A stretch of 64,000 nt of DNA from the human T2T-CHM13v2.0 reference genome, Homo sapiens (GCF_009914755.1 NC_060926.1), one strand, 5' to 3'; positions 31,201-45,482 are shown, counted from the stretch's first letter. Numbers and translations are program-made. Notes: a model not told the origin generated them from the sequence alone.

Positions 31201-32537
31201 TATGTGGTACCACTATACACCTATTAGAATTTCTTTAAAAAAAAAATTGACAATTCCAAGTGCTGCAAGGGTATAAGGCATCCTAGCAGGAATACGAAAT
31301 AGTACAGCCACATTAGAAAACAGTTTGGCAGTTTCCTACAAAGCTAAACAGTCTTCTCATACAATCTAGCAATTGTACTCAGAGCATTTACCAATTTAAT
31401 TGGAAGGTTATATCCACAAAAAACCTACACATGAATGTTTATAGCAGCTTTAATCATAATTGCAAAAAATTGAAAACAAATAAAATGTATATCAATAGAT
31501 GATATTGAATAAACAAACTTAATATGTCCATACAATGAAATATTATTTAGTAATTTTTAAAAATGAGCTACTAAGCCACAAGAGGACATGAAAGAACCTT
31601 AAATGTATATTTCTATGCATAAGAAGCCAATCTGAAAAGACTACATTCTGTATGATTCCAACTGTATGACATTCTAGAAAAAAGCAAAACTATAGAAACA
31701 ACAAAAAGAGATCTATGGTTTTCAAGGACTCAGGGAAGGAGGAGGATGAATAGGTGAAACATAGGGGATTTTCAGGGCAGTGGGACTATTTTTCGTGACA
31801 TTGTAATGGCAGGTACATGATATTATGCACTTGTCAAAACCCATAGACTATATAATACAAGGGGTGACCCTTCATATTGCTATGGACTTATAGTTCATAA
31901 TAATGCATCTATATTGGTTTATCATAACAAATGTATCACATGAATGTTGGTAAGTCAGAGACCTCATCTAAATGCTGAGGCACTTACCAGAGCCCATCCT
32001 CTTTGCTGAGTTGTGAACTTCATTTTTCTCCCCAGCCTCAAAAGATTGTCATCATCTCTTCTCAGCTTTCTCAGCCACCATTTGTTTATGAGAAAATGCC
32101 TCTGGAGACAAAGTGATACCAAATGTCAGAACTACTTTTCTGTGCTTCTCCTTTCTATAGACTTTTAGCCCTTCAAGTCTTCCTGCCACATTAGTTCTTC
32201 TATAACCTCAAACTAATTTTCTTAATATTGTGGTCAAGGGTTTATAAATGTTCTTGGCTGCATGGTTGATGCCCTGTCCAATCCTAAAAATAAATGGAAG
32301 TAGTACAAAGAGTGAGATCAGTAGCGAATAGTCAAAAGACCATGACAGGAAGAAAATATTTGCATATGTAACAGTTAAATTGTTATACACAATATACAAA
32401 TAACTACAGTAAATCAATCAGAATATAGAGAATCAACAAAAAAGAGAAGTGTGCAAAGAACCTAAACAGGTCATTCACAAACAAAGCACAAATAGGCTAT
32501 ATATGAATAGATCTAGTAGGTATGCAGGCTTGCTTTT

Positions 32538-32772
32538 CACAGGAAGGGGAGCATCACACACCGGGGACTGTTGTGGGGTGGGGGGAGCGGGGAGGGATAG
32601 CATTAGGAGATATACCTAATGCTAAATGACGAGTTAATGGGTGCAGCACACCAACAGGGCATATGTATACATATGTAACAAAACCTGCACGTTGTGCACA
32701 TGTACCCTAAAACTTAAAGTATAATAATAATAAAATAAAATAAAAATAAAAATAAAAAATAAAAAAATAAAA
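32538..32772 (+). mobile_element. Very short young L1PA (PA3/PA4-like) 3' end
   Basis: ggggagggatagcattaggagatatacctaatgctaaatgacgagttaatgggtgcagcac...taaaacttaaagtataataat plus a (TAAAA)n tail; CpGs retained. Confidence 0.9.
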
Positions 32773-34757
32773 TACAAATTAAGCTAGCTATAAGATGCTA
32801 TTTTTCATACATTGGATTTTTAATATTTTACAGATTAATACAATACTCTATTGACATGCGATGGTGAAATAAGGACTTTCATATTCTATGGAAGTGGGAG
32901 TGAAAATTGCCAATTAGCAAATATCTTTCTGTATTTCAAATTTATTACCCTTTCACTCAGCAATTTGATTTTTCAGAATTTGTTATTCAGAAATTTTCAT
33001 AAAAGTACTCAAAGATACACTAGCTAATAAAAAAAAAACTGTTGAGAGCCCACTATTTGTCAGACATTGTTCTTAGTGCTTTACATGAACAAACTCATAC
33101 AATTCTCACGATGACATAGAGATGATAGATGTATGCCAGTCTGAATGGTAGTTGAGGGAGGAAACTAAGGCTAGAATTGAAATAGACTGAATTGCTATAA
33201 ACTATAGAAGAGTTTACTGTTGTCTCAAACACTCATTAGTAGAGGTAAAATTAAAAGAACAGGAGAGAGAGAGATTGAGAGAGAATGGCTGAATGTACCA
33301 GGCTTGGTTTTGGCGGGTAGAAACAGATCAGAAAGTGTTGCCCAGATGTATCAAGGGGCTGTGACATGGAACCAGGTGGAGACGGCCACAGGGCTGAGCT
33401 GGTCGTGTCCCTAAAATGAAATAACCATGGGAGAAGATTTAATTGCTTCCATACCAAGTATTTTTAATCACCTGCCACTTCCCTGTGCTCCACAGCGCCG
33501 ACTGCTGTGGGGTCTGAAGAAAAAGTACAAAACGGAGTCTCTTTACCTAAGATCTAGACGTCTTTATAGGAACACCGTGGACTCCGTTCCAGTCTCCCAA
33601 TGGAGCCCTGCCGAGGCATCCAGGAAACATCTATAGCACTGTGTGGGATTTACTGTAAAGTTATTATCTCCACTGCTTGACGCTATTCTTCCTGAAGGCA
33701 ATTCTGCATCTGATTGACCTCTGTGTCCTCCACACTTAGCACAGTGTCGGGCACACGTGGACTGTAGGTGAATGGCTGTTGAATACATAAATGATTGGAA
33801 CCACAGATGGATGAATAGATGAGTGGGTAGGTGTATAGGGAGATAAACAATAGTTCATATTTAGTATTAACCCTTTTCTTATTATATGTAGATGAGAGGG
33901 TTGCACTCAATGATGTCTAAATATCTACTATTCTGCAAATATTTCTATATTCTGATCTAGCTTATTACCATCCTTCAAGATTCCAGTTTGCGAAATTTAT
34001 TTTCACCCTTCAAGCTGCATCAATATAGAGAGAACTATGATTTAAAATGGTACTGTTTTTCTTTAACTGCATTTTCTCCTTTCCAAGCAGAAAAGCCTTT
34101 CATACCTATTGTTTCATGTTTCTGAGAAAACAAACACTAACAGCTTCAGGACTGAATATCAAAATATCTGTCCACTGTCATATTTATTCTTATACCAAAA
34201 GAAAATCTATTTCATGTTTTTTTTTATTGTTGCCATGCACAATAAAATTCTGATGTTTCAGATGGTCATCATTTCCAACAATTCTTGACAAAGTCAGACA
34301 CAGCTGAGTCAAGGCATCAAGCTGGCATAGTAAGAGCCATCCAAGCTTCCAGGAGCATGGCCCAAGCTGGAGAAACAGTGGCTTCCTGCACATGCTCTTC
34401 CTATGAGGGAGAGCTGGAGGGCAAGAGGCTGAACCAAGCCATCTAGCACATTCCAAACTGTGCTGGGATACACTCAGGTCATGTTCACTCACATTCCCCC
34501 AGCCAAAGCAAATCCCAGAGGACTAGGGTAAGGCAGTGCACTGGGCTCATGCTGGGGAAGGGAAGAGTAAATATTTGTTGCACAACAGTACAAGCTATCC
34601 CAGGGGACCATTCAGCAGTGAACCCTCAAGACTCCTGCTGCTTCCTCACAGTCTGCTGGAACTCTGCCTGCTTTGTTTCCATTGGTGACTTTACCACTAA
34701 TAAGTGAAGATACGAGGTAAAAACAGTCACCACTTATTGGGCACCTACTATTCCCCA

Positions 34758-34760
<3 letters not shown>

Positions 34761-34810
<50 letters not shown>
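34761..34810. repeat. (TA)25 microsatellite
   Basis: Perfect dinucleotide run. Confidence 0.97.
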
Positions 34811-34813
<3 letters not shown>

Positions 34814-35084
34814 GGATTTACAGGGGTGAGGCACAGTGTCTAGCTTTATTATTTTTAATCCTCTCCATAAATCTGCAAGGTGAAAGTGATGCATGCATTA
34901 CATAAAAGAAAGCTACAGATCAAGGAGAGAAACTAAGTAGTCCAGTGTCAGTAAGTGAGTCAATGCCTAAGACAGATGTCAAGTCTAGTTCTACCGGCCC
35001 ATGTAATCAACCATGAGCTCCTTCCTGTTTCTTTTGATACTCAGCCTCATAGGTCATCCTATCTGATTTCTTTATCTATGCCAA

Positions 35085-36380
35085 TAGAGACCACAATGAA
35101 ATACTCCTATATACCAGACAGAATAACTTAATTTATAACACTCAAAATACCAAGTGTTTGGAAGAAGTAGAATATTGAGAAATTTATATACTGCTGGTGC
35201 CCATGGAAATTGGCACTTTGGGAAAAAGTTTACATTATCTAACAAAGTCGAATGCATACTCTATGAAGCAGCAAGTCCACTTTTTTGTGCATAGTGTGAA
35301 GTGTGTGTGTGTGTGTGTGTACATAATGTATAAGTGTCTGTGTATATTATGTACATTGTGTATGTGTCTATACATAGAGTATGTGTAGTATCTGTATATA
35401 TTATGTATATAATGTGTATACATAATATGTATAGTATGCACATATATTATATATAGTATGTATATATAATGTATAGTGTGTGCATGTGTGTATATATCTG
35501 TGTAAATACATATCCAACAGAAATGTGTGTACCTGAACACCAGGGTACATGTACATGCACAAGAATTTTCATAGCAACATTACTTATAATTGCCCCAAAC
35601 TGGATATAATCCAATGTCCATTGGTGGCAGAATAGATCAAATTAATTCTAATATATTTGTATATTAGGATACAATGAAAATGAATGAACTACAGCTACGG
35701 ATAACAACAAAGTGAATTAATTTTATGGACATAAGTTGAGTGAGAAAAGCCAGACTCCAATAAGTAGACACTATATGATTCCACTTATGTAATGTTCAAA
35801 AAGCAAAGAAAACCATATTCTTCCTTAGGCGAAACTTGAAAAAGAAAAACGAAGGCCAGGCAAGGTGGCTCACGCCTGTAATCTCAGCAGTTTGGGATGC
35901 CGAGGCGGGCGGATCACGAGGTCAGGAAATTGAGACTATCCTGGCCAACATGGTGAAACCCTGTCTATACTAAAAATACAAAAATTAGCTGGGTGTGGTG
36001 GCATGAGCCTGTAGTCTCAGCTACTCGGGAGGCTGAGGCAGAAGAATCACTTGAACCCTAGAGGTTGCAGTGAGCCAAGATCACGCCACTGCACTCCAGC
36101 CTGGCAACAGAGCGAGACTCTGTCAAATAAAAAAAAAAAAAGAAAAGGAAAGGAAACCAAATACAATAAAGTTAGCATAGCTGTTACCATTGTGTGGGGA
36201 AAAGGAAGGTAAGATTTGGAGATGGCATGAGAGGCTTCTGGGAGGCTGGACATGTCCTGTGTCCTGACTTGGACGGTGCTTCCATGGGGGCTGATGTTGT
36301 GATAATTCATTGAGCTGTATGTACACTATTGTTTTCTGCATGTTTTGTATGTATGTAAAGCTTCACAATTTTAAAAATAT
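35085..36380 (+). mobile_element. Old L1M 3' fragment containing TG/TA low-complexity DNA (35300-35510) and an Alu
   Basis: ggcactttgggaaaaagttt, gaaaagccagactcc and atgattccacttatgt are L1M 3' motifs. Confidence 0.7.
35854..36141 (+). mobile_element. AluSc-like
   Basis: ggatcacgaggtcaggaaattgagactatcctggccaac; small deletion in the right arm; A-rich tail. Confidence 0.9.
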
Positions 36381-36389
36381 AGTCAAAGG

Positions 36390-36800
36390 AGAAAGAAAGA
36401 ATGGGAGACGAATTGGAGGCAGTAACTTTAGGTGACTTTTTAAAGAAGTTTTGCTGCAATAGAGAACAAAAGAATTGGTAGTTGGGGAGGAAAATGGAAG
36501 GGGTTAAAGTGCAAGATGTGCACTGATCCAAGTGATCCAGGAGGCAGAGGAGTGAGACCCTTAAGAAAGAAGAGATGACATTGAATGCCCCTGCGGAAAG
36601 GTGGCCAGAGACGGAAGCAGGACTGTGCTTCTAGGCCTGTGGAATCATAGATTCTGTGGTGGAAAGAGGAAGTGGCCATATCTCAGTGGATTCTATTTTG
36701 AAAGTAATAAGATGAGAGAAGAGCTTCAGGGGTCTGGAGAAAAAAGAGAAGAGATGTGCAACAGCATTCCCAGAGAGAGGATCCAAGTGACCAGAAAATG
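36390..36800 (-). mobile_element. L2 fragment
   Basis: Purine-rich ttggaggcagtaac...aagaagttttgctgcaa typical of antisense L2. Confidence 0.5.
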
Positions 36801-39800
36801 TAACAGGCCACTGGGCAGAGTTTATATAAGTCCAGTGCTTATAAATTTAACACAACGTTGGCAGCACACACTGAGCTGCGAGGGTGAAAGTGCAGGGTAG
36901 GAGGTGAATGGTGTTCCATCGGGGCTGGGCTTTCTTCAGACAGCGAGTCACAAGGAGAGAAGGGCAAGGTCGCTAACGGGCAAGGAGGAGCGGAGGTTGA
37001 GGTTGCAGGGTGGGTCCCATGTGGACTTCAGAGTCTAACCGGGGTGAGGAAAGAACTGTGGACATGAGAGACAGGATAGGGTCAAAGTATCGAGGATTCC
37101 AACAAGCCTAGAGAAGTGTCAGAATCAGCTCCAGAGAGAGTGTTGAGAATGTGGGGGTGCAAATGGTCAGGGAGCTGGATGGTGCTACACTGGAGGCAGT
37201 GCAGCAGTAAGGTCGGCCTGCTGCCACCGCAGGGGGCCTATGAGACGGAGGAAATGGTCGGTGCTGGCGAACATGCCAAGGAACTGTGAAATCAGACTAA
37301 GGTTTATGTGGATCCTGAAAGGCAAACGTTGTGCTGGAGAGAAAAGCACGAAGCTGCAAGGTATCCCCAGGAAACAAGGGAGAATGACTGGGGGGCGGGA
37401 AGCAGGAATGGAATCTGATAAAGGGCATTTCAAACAACTGGGTGTTTGCAAGAAGAGGAAACGGAGACAGAACAGCCCTCCTCACCCAGGCATATTGCCC
37501 CTTGGTAGATCCCAGTGGTACTTAGGATGAGAAAAAACAACAAACAACAACAAACAGTCCCCACTTGAGTGGACTGAAGAGAGAGCAATGTCCTCAGGGA
37601 AAGCAGGGCTCCTGAAAGAGCATGAACATTAGGTCACATTTAATGAGAAGTCAGAGAACACAGAGAAAGTTTTTGACAAGACTGTGAATTCCAGGGCACC
37701 TGGTGGAAGGGTTTGGAGGAGTAGGAGTAATGGGAGATGGATTTCCATGAAGGGCCTTAAGAAGAGACTGGGAAACTTGGAACTTTGGGTGGTGACTCCA
37801 GTAAGCAGGGATATTGACAATGGTATTGGCTTGATGGTGTACTGGGAGAAGGTAGGTTATCATTTCTACTTATAGCCTCTGGAATTGCTTTTCACGTGCA
37901 ATGGGGAAGCAGGGTCGGTTCTTTAAGGAGATCACAAAGCTGTGGGCATCCCCAATGCATCACTTAACCATGCCGTAGGCAGAGTTGAAGCTGGGAGGCC
38001 TATCTGAGTCATTTCTTTGTACTGTCCACGTGCCTTTTTTTGGAAAAAAGGTCATTCATTTAAATGAATTGCTGCTAAATTTCGTCTTACTAAATCAAGT
38101 CCATTTTCTCAGCCAGTTGAGATGTTTTTGATATCGTATGCTTTCCCTGTGGTTTACAAGTTTTCTTCAAGAATTAAAAAAATAATTCAAATAGTACAGA
38201 GAGCTTTTGTTTGAAAAGCAATCCTCTCCCACATACACCCTACCCACAGCCCTGCTCTCCAAAAGCCCTTTCACCATCTTTGATTATAGGTTTCCAACGG
38301 GTTACTTCATTTTTCTAGATAATATGCTTATTATCCTAGTTTTGGACTCACCAGCTTCAAACAATGTCTATTGGCTTTCATGCAGGTAATTCTTCATTTA
38401 CCCAACCTAGATTCATTCTCCCCTACTCTGTGCCCAGGAGATGGGGGCAGACTGCAAGGGCTTCATCAGCAGAACATGCAGGTAGGTTAGGCCAGAGTGG
38501 GCCCCACCTGCCCCAACCTCCCTCTGTGCTTCTGCAGTGCTATGCTCCGATAAAGCAACAGGGGAGGGGAGGCCCCTCACCCAAGGCCCCCACCTGGCCC
38601 AGCTCCAGTAACAACATTCGTCTCCTGTCCCTTAAGACCTAAGGGTGGTGCTTGTGCTGGGATGAGAGGCCCTTAACCCAGCCCACAGCTCTGAAATGAG
38701 TTCCCCTCAAAATACTCTGTGCCTCGTTAACCTCTTTGAGTGTGCCCATCATCTTTGCCACTTCAGGATGCTGCTGACTCACCTCGCATACGAAGGATGG
38801 CAGTTCAACACTTTGACATCACTCTCCACATCATTTTTCATTGCTTTCTCCAAATACTGGACACTTTTATAATTACATTTGGTTCTCCCCTGAGTTGATT
38901 TTCTCTGCAACTTTAAACAATATGGTAAAGCACGTGTTCCTCTGTGATCCAATGTCATCTGCCTCTCAACCTCCCTGTGCAAAGTAGACCGTCAGCATCC
39001 TCTCCCTTCCCTCCACTTCTCACCTCCTCCTCCTACTTGCCACTGATAGGCCTGGACTTGCACAATTTCAATCTCACCAAAAATCACATTCAATTCAGTG
39101 ACCCTGATTATCTTCAGTGTGTGTGTGTGTTTTTCTATAGGCTCATTCTAAACCGGAATACCAACGAAGTGACAACAAGTAATCGTATCCGATTTTGCCA
39201 CTGCAGAGCCAAGTGGGGTGAGAGGCTTGTCTCCTGTTTTTGGGGTTCCACTTCTTGGCCCCTGTACTTCCCCAGGGAAAGTGCCCCCAGCCTGGGGCTG
39301 CAATGGATTAACGTTCCTCACACTCCATCAGTGGCCCAAAGTGATGCTGTACTTTAGTTATAGCTTCAGATTTGGCCCATGGCTTATTTGTACAGCTTTT
39401 TGTTTTCTGGGGTTTCGGCCAACATTTTTCCTTGTGGAAAAACAAAGTATGCATTCTCACCACGTTTTCAGGTGTCTCCAGCCATTCAATCACCCTGTTT
39501 CTCCTGTGGAGCCTCCTTTTCATTTTTCTCTGCAGCGTTGTCCCTCCAGAAGTTTGCCATTCTCCAGAACTAAAATGAAACCCTGTGGGTCCCTCCACCG
39601 CCCTCCAGGCACACCACTGTGGCCCGATCCCGGGGCTCTTCTCCTTGCCATTCTCCCTGCTCTAATAGATTTTCTTTTCCAACAGCTTTCTTCTGTGTAA
39701 AAAACTTTTTCAGTCTTTAAATCTCCAAAGATGTCTTTATTTTCTCTCACAGTCAATTGATCTTTTAGCCAAGTATAAGATTTAAGGTTCAAAGACATCT

Positions 39801-39964
39801 CCACCTGAACTTTGAAAGCACTGATCTGTTGTCTGCTAGCTTCTGCATTATTGATGTGAGTTCTAAGGCCAGTGTGTGACTTTATTTGCTGTAGAAGCCT
39901 CTCTCTCTCTCTACCCACGTCATTTGTGAAGCTTTTAAAACCTTTCTCTTTAAAATATTTGTTC

Positions 39965-40240
39965 TGTAATTATATTATGTATATGTGTGTTGTGTGTGTG
40001 TATATATAGATAGATAGATACAGATATAGATAGATGTAGTCTTTAAATTCAGCCATTTCAGTCTGAAGACTATCTTTCATTAGCTCTGAGATATTTTCTT
40101 CTGTTTCTTCTCTTCATTCTTGTTTGTCTTCTTCATATATATACACATCACATATATAGTTATACCTATAGATATATATACTTAGGTATATAGAATGATA
40201 TGTATATATAGTTATATATCTGCAGTTATATATATATAAC
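39965..40240. repeat. TA/TG/TAGA low-complexity tract
   Basis: Imperfect (TG)n, (TA)n and (TAGA)n runs. Confidence 0.8.
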
Positions 40241-40412
40241 TCTCTCCCTTCATTTTTTCTGTTCTCTCTTTGGGAAGTTCATATTACTTGGAGGTCCTTA
40301 TATTATCTATCATTTTTTCTATAGTGTTTTATCTTGTTTTTCTCTTAGTCTAGAAGATTTTCTTTAGCTTTAACTTCCAATTTTTTTAAACTTTTATTTT
40401 TATTTTTGAGAC

Positions 40413-40994
<582 letters not shown>

Positions 40995-41981
40995 GGAGGC
41001 ATTCACTTCCCACACTAGTGGCTTTCTTACAGTTTCTTAGAGACATCCACACTTTTTTGTCCCTGTGGATAAACTTTTGTGGCCTGCCTGACATTTTGTA
41101 CCCAGAAGTGGGGAAGTGGGGAGGATATACATGCTCCTACTGCAAGCAGAGACCTTCAACCCTTGTCTTCATCCCTAGTTCAGACCCCCACCCTCCAACC
41201 AGCCATCTCTGAGCCCAGACCCCTGTGGCTCTGGCAGTCTAAGACCCCCGCACCCCGCATGCACACACACCCTTCCTCTGGGCTTCCTTTGGGCTGCAGT
41301 CCCCAGCTCTCTGTTGCCTCCCCCTCAGCACACTCCCACACCCCATCCAGCAGCCAGGAATTCCCAAAATCTCACAGGTGGCTGGAGGAACCCCTGTGCA
41401 GCTCGCAAGCTTATTTCTTCCAGTATTCCTTTATACAATTGGAATGGGCTCCCCAGAGGGAGAGAGTACAAAACATGCTAAATCTATGAACTTGAGCCAA
41501 ATACTCAAAGGAACTTATAAATGAGAAAAAAACAGTTAAGAAATAAACAGTCACCCATATCCCATGGCCTTGGTATGACCATTCCTACCTGTGGGTGGAA
41601 GTAGTTATATCTGGATGTGGTCATGGCACAGCTAATCCACGCATGTGTGTTTATTTCACATGGTATTTTCTAGTTTTTTCTATAGCGTTATGAAGCCTTT
41701 GTCTTTATCATCATTAATGAAGCTGCAAACCTCCCAGGAGAGCCTGCCTCAACCCTCCAGAGCACGTCAGACACAGATGTCATTAACCTACGTGGGGGCA
41801 AAGTCACTAAGCAAAGCGGTAGGTGGCGAACCAGGAACGAGAGGCCACATCTGCCACATTCTAAATCCTGCTCTGTCCTTGCTTGTGAGACCATTCTGGA
41901 AATTTAATGAGGTTACCTAGCAAAGCTTATAGCAAAATTGTGGCAAACATCATTACCATTCTGTTCCCACTTCTTGGTAGC

Positions 41982-42365
41982 TGTTGGGGCTCAGAAAATA
42001 ATACCCCAAGGTGTGGTGCTTGGACGCACTGAGTGCTTTGAACTAAGGAGCAGTCTCAGAACCAAGGTCTCTCTGACTCTCCCCCTGCCCCCTGTCTCTG
42101 GATCCTATTTCTCTCCCAAAGCACGTGGAGGGGCTTTCTCTGAAGTTTTCCTTGGGAAGTTTCTCCAAAAGAAATTCAATTGTCATGAATCCCCTCCCTG
42201 GTATCTACATTAACAAAAGAAGGTGAATTCTTACTGCAGAGAAAGAAACTAAGTCTCCACACCCAGGATACCATGTCCAGACGACTATCCAGGACACCAT
42301 GCCCAGACAGACTTTTCACCTATTCTTCACAGGGCTAGATTCTGAGAGACCCCATCTGCATAATT
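41982..42365 (+). mobile_element. MER39/MER34-group LTR, 3'-truncated
   Basis: Starts TGTTGGGGCTCAGAAA and is similar to the LTR at 43405. Confidence 0.65.
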
Positions 42366-43404
42366 CCCAAATTCCTGTCTCCTGTTGGCCAAAAAGAGAA
42401 AAAGCCACAACAAAAGGCCTAAGGAGGAGCTGCTTTCATCCCTTAGTGGGCTCCAGAGCTCAGCAGGGAGCAGCTCGAGATGCAATGTGTTAGTTCAGTG
42501 TCATACCAACAAATTATACCCAAAGGGAAAAGGGCTGGGACCCAAACAAGGCTTCCTGAAAGTTGGTAACTCACTCCCTCATTGTTGGAAGTTTTTAACT
42601 GAACCTCTTTCGGCAGCTCCCTGCCTCCTCTCCTTGTGTCTCAGGTGTCCAGCATGAATCACCCCCATGCAGCTGTGCCGTGGCACCAGGAGTCCATGGG
42701 GACATGGGGATGTGGGAGGTGGGAAGGGAGCCCAAGGAGAGTGAGCTGACAGCACTGCCATGGCAGGGCTTTAGAGGGCGACAGCCCTGGTTGGAATTCC
42801 AGCTCAGGCACCGAGCCGCTGTGCGAGAGTCACTCCTCTGGTCCTCAGCTTCTGTCAAATGAAGAGTGAACAGGAAAATAAACAAAAACAAAGCACCACC
42901 TGTTGTGACAATTAGCTGTGACAGTTAATAATACTCATATGCTCAGGAAATGGGTCCTATAATCCTGTGCCTGCTGCCATGCATTTTTAGGGAAAAATAC
43001 ACACTTCCTGGAGCATCTGAACCACCCAGGTTGCCTATGTGTTGCCTCCTTTTTTCACTGACTTGCTAGAAATTCAAGCTCCTCCTCACGTTTCTCTGGG
43101 CTCTTTCTTTTTTCTCCCCTCAGTCTGAAGCTTCCCAACTTTTCTCAACCCCAGTCCATAGACATCGGCTTTTAGAGTGCACACCAGCAGTTGAGGCTGG
43201 CCTATGCATCGCCTCAGCCCACCCCAGACCACCCAGTGTTCCCATTGAGTTTTTATGCTCTTCCTGTTCTCTTAGAGATGCCCATTAGGAAGCTTCCAGA
43301 AGGGGGCCATTCTGGATGCTGAAAGATCTACCCTTGAATGAGGTGCTGCTGTAAGTCAGGGGAGTAGACTACAGCTCCCACAGCCTCACACAATGCTTGG
43401 GTGC

Positions 43405-44382
43405 TGTTGGGGCTCAGAAATCAATACCTCAAAATATGGCCCTTTGACATGCTGAACTGAAGAATCCTCAAAGTCTGTCTGGCTTTCCCCTTTCTCAGCT
43501 CCCCACCAACACCTCCTGGGTGTTAATCCTCTGTCTCTCCCAAAGCCCAGGATGAAGTTGTTCTCTGAAGTTCCCTAATCTGTCTAAAGTCTGGACCTTC
43601 CTAAGAAGAAAACATGATCCCTGGTCCCTTCCCTGGGCTTTCATTAACTGAACTCACATGTCAGGAAGAAAGTCTGAAGTCTGTCAACGCACCTGGGCAG
43701 ATTTTTGTCACAAACCATGGTCTGTTCTTTAGGCACAACAGTTTGTCACAAGCCATTGTATGTTCTTCAAGCCCATTGAATTTCCCTAAAAGTCACTTAT
43801 TACTCTCCTAAAATTACCCAAACTTCCTAATATGGTTTGGATTTGTGTCCCCACCCAAATCACATGTCAAATTGTAATCCCAGTGTTGGATGAGTGCCCT
43901 GGTGGGAGGTGACTGAATCACAGAGGTGGACCTCCCCCTTGCTGTTCTTGTGATAGAGTTCTCAGGAGTTCTCGTTGTTTAAAAGTGTGTAGCACCTCCC
44001 CTTTCTCTCTCTTCCTCCTTCTTCAGTCATGTAAGACAGGCCTGCTTCCCTTTCTGCCATGATTGTAAGCCCCAGCCATGCTTCCTGTACAGGCTGCAGA
44101 ACTGAGAGTCAATGAAGCCTCTTTTCTTTATAAATGCTCCAGTCTCAGGTAGTTCTTTATAGCAATGTGAGAATGGACTAATACACTTCCCCATTTCTCC
44201 TTCTCCTAAGAAGAAGGATATAGAAGTACCCCATTGGTTAATTGGGTAATTATTCTACAATGCTCCTATGCTATGCATGTTAAAATAAACTTGTAGACCT
44301 TTTCTCCAGCTAATCTGCCCTTTACGAGTTAATTTTTCAGTGAACTTTCAGAGGGCAAGGGAGTTTTCTCTTGGCCCCTATG
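43405..44382 (+). mobile_element. MER39-group solo LTR split by an MST LTR
   Basis: TGTTGGGGCTCAGAAATCAATACCTCAAAATATGG start; AATAAA at ~44285; end ttggcccctatg. Confidence 0.75.
43828..44185 (+). mobile_element. MSTA/MSTB (MaLR) solo LTR
   Basis: taatatggtttggatttgtgtcccc...gagaatggactaataca with perfect 5-bp TSD CTTCC (43823-43827 / 44186-44190). Confidence 0.9.
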
Positions 44383-44966
44383 GTGGTTTCCCATCTATCT
44401 GCCTTGCATGGTGACAGCCAGCCTTTAGCAACTTCTAAAAGAAAGAGGATCTATCAGCTCAGTCTGAGCAGGCATGATAAGGTCTCCTCCCTTGCCTGGA
44501 GGCACTCATCTGAGCCTCCAAACCACCCCATTAGTGAATTCTCAGAAAGAACATTCTGCTGAGAAAGAGGAGGATAGGTTCCCAGTCAAGGCTGGGAGCT
44601 TGTAGCCACTAATCTCTTGGTGTCTAGATCAGGTACAAGGCTGTCTCTCTGTCCCCACCCTCTCTGGTCCCCTCCTCTTACTGTCCACTCCTTTAGAAGG
44701 AGCCTGTGGCAGCATGAACAAAATAAACTTCTCCTTCTTGTCCACATCCATCATAAAATATGCATAGCTGGACTTGGGTTTTCTTAAAAGCTACCAACTT
44801 GCCAATCATGTAAATCAACCTATGTTTCTGCATTAATTGAAAGAACCAGAAAAAGGCCAAAAGAGAAGATATTTGCAATACACATGAAAAGGTGATGTTT
44901 CCTTTTTTGTATAAAAGGTTCACATAAATCAAAAAGAAAAACATTTGCCACTCCTTCCACTCCTTC

Positions 44967-45005
44967 TCTATTAGTCAGGGTTCTCTTAGAGGGACAGAAT
45001 TAATA

Positions 45006-45080
<75 letters not shown>

Positions 45081-45482
45081 TATTAAGTATTAACTTACAC
45101 GATCACAAGGTCCCACAATAGGCTCAATAGGCTCTCTGCAAGCTGAGGAGCAAGGAGAGCCAGTCCCAAAACTGAAGAACTTGGAGTCTGATGTTCAAGG
45201 GCAGGAGGCATCCAGCAGGGGTGAAAGATGCAGGCTGGGAGGCTAGGCCTGTCTCTCCTTTTTATGTTTTTATGCCTGCCTCTCCTTTTTATGTTTTTAT
45301 GCCTGCTTTACATTCGTTGGAAGCTGATTAGATTGTGTCCACCAGATTAAGGGTGATCTGCTTTCCCCAGCCCACTGACTCAAATGTTACTCTCTTTCGG
45401 CAACACCCACACAGACACACCCAGAATTAATACTTTTTATGCCTCAATCCAATCAAGTTGACACTCAGTATTAACCATCACA
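44967..45482 (-). mobile_element. HERV-L 3' LTR (MLT2A1/MLT2A2-like) with (TA)n(GA)n expansion
   Basis: Homologous to 51051-51493. On minus it is preceded by the purine-rich PPT-like TAGGGGTGAACT (45483-45494). Confidence 0.9.
45009..45075. repeat. Compound (TA)n(GA)n microsatellite inside the HERV-L 3' LTR
   Basis: Perfect TA run directly followed by a perfect GA run. Confidence 0.95.

Noticed and set aside
35197-35540. Tyr/Ile/His-rich and Cys/Val-rich ORFs
   Set aside because: Translations of TA/TG low-complexity DNA.
38944-39918. Overlapping 130-160 aa ORFs
   Set aside because: No recognisable domain, several non-ATG starts, and a pyrimidine-rich context that resembles degraded antisense L1.
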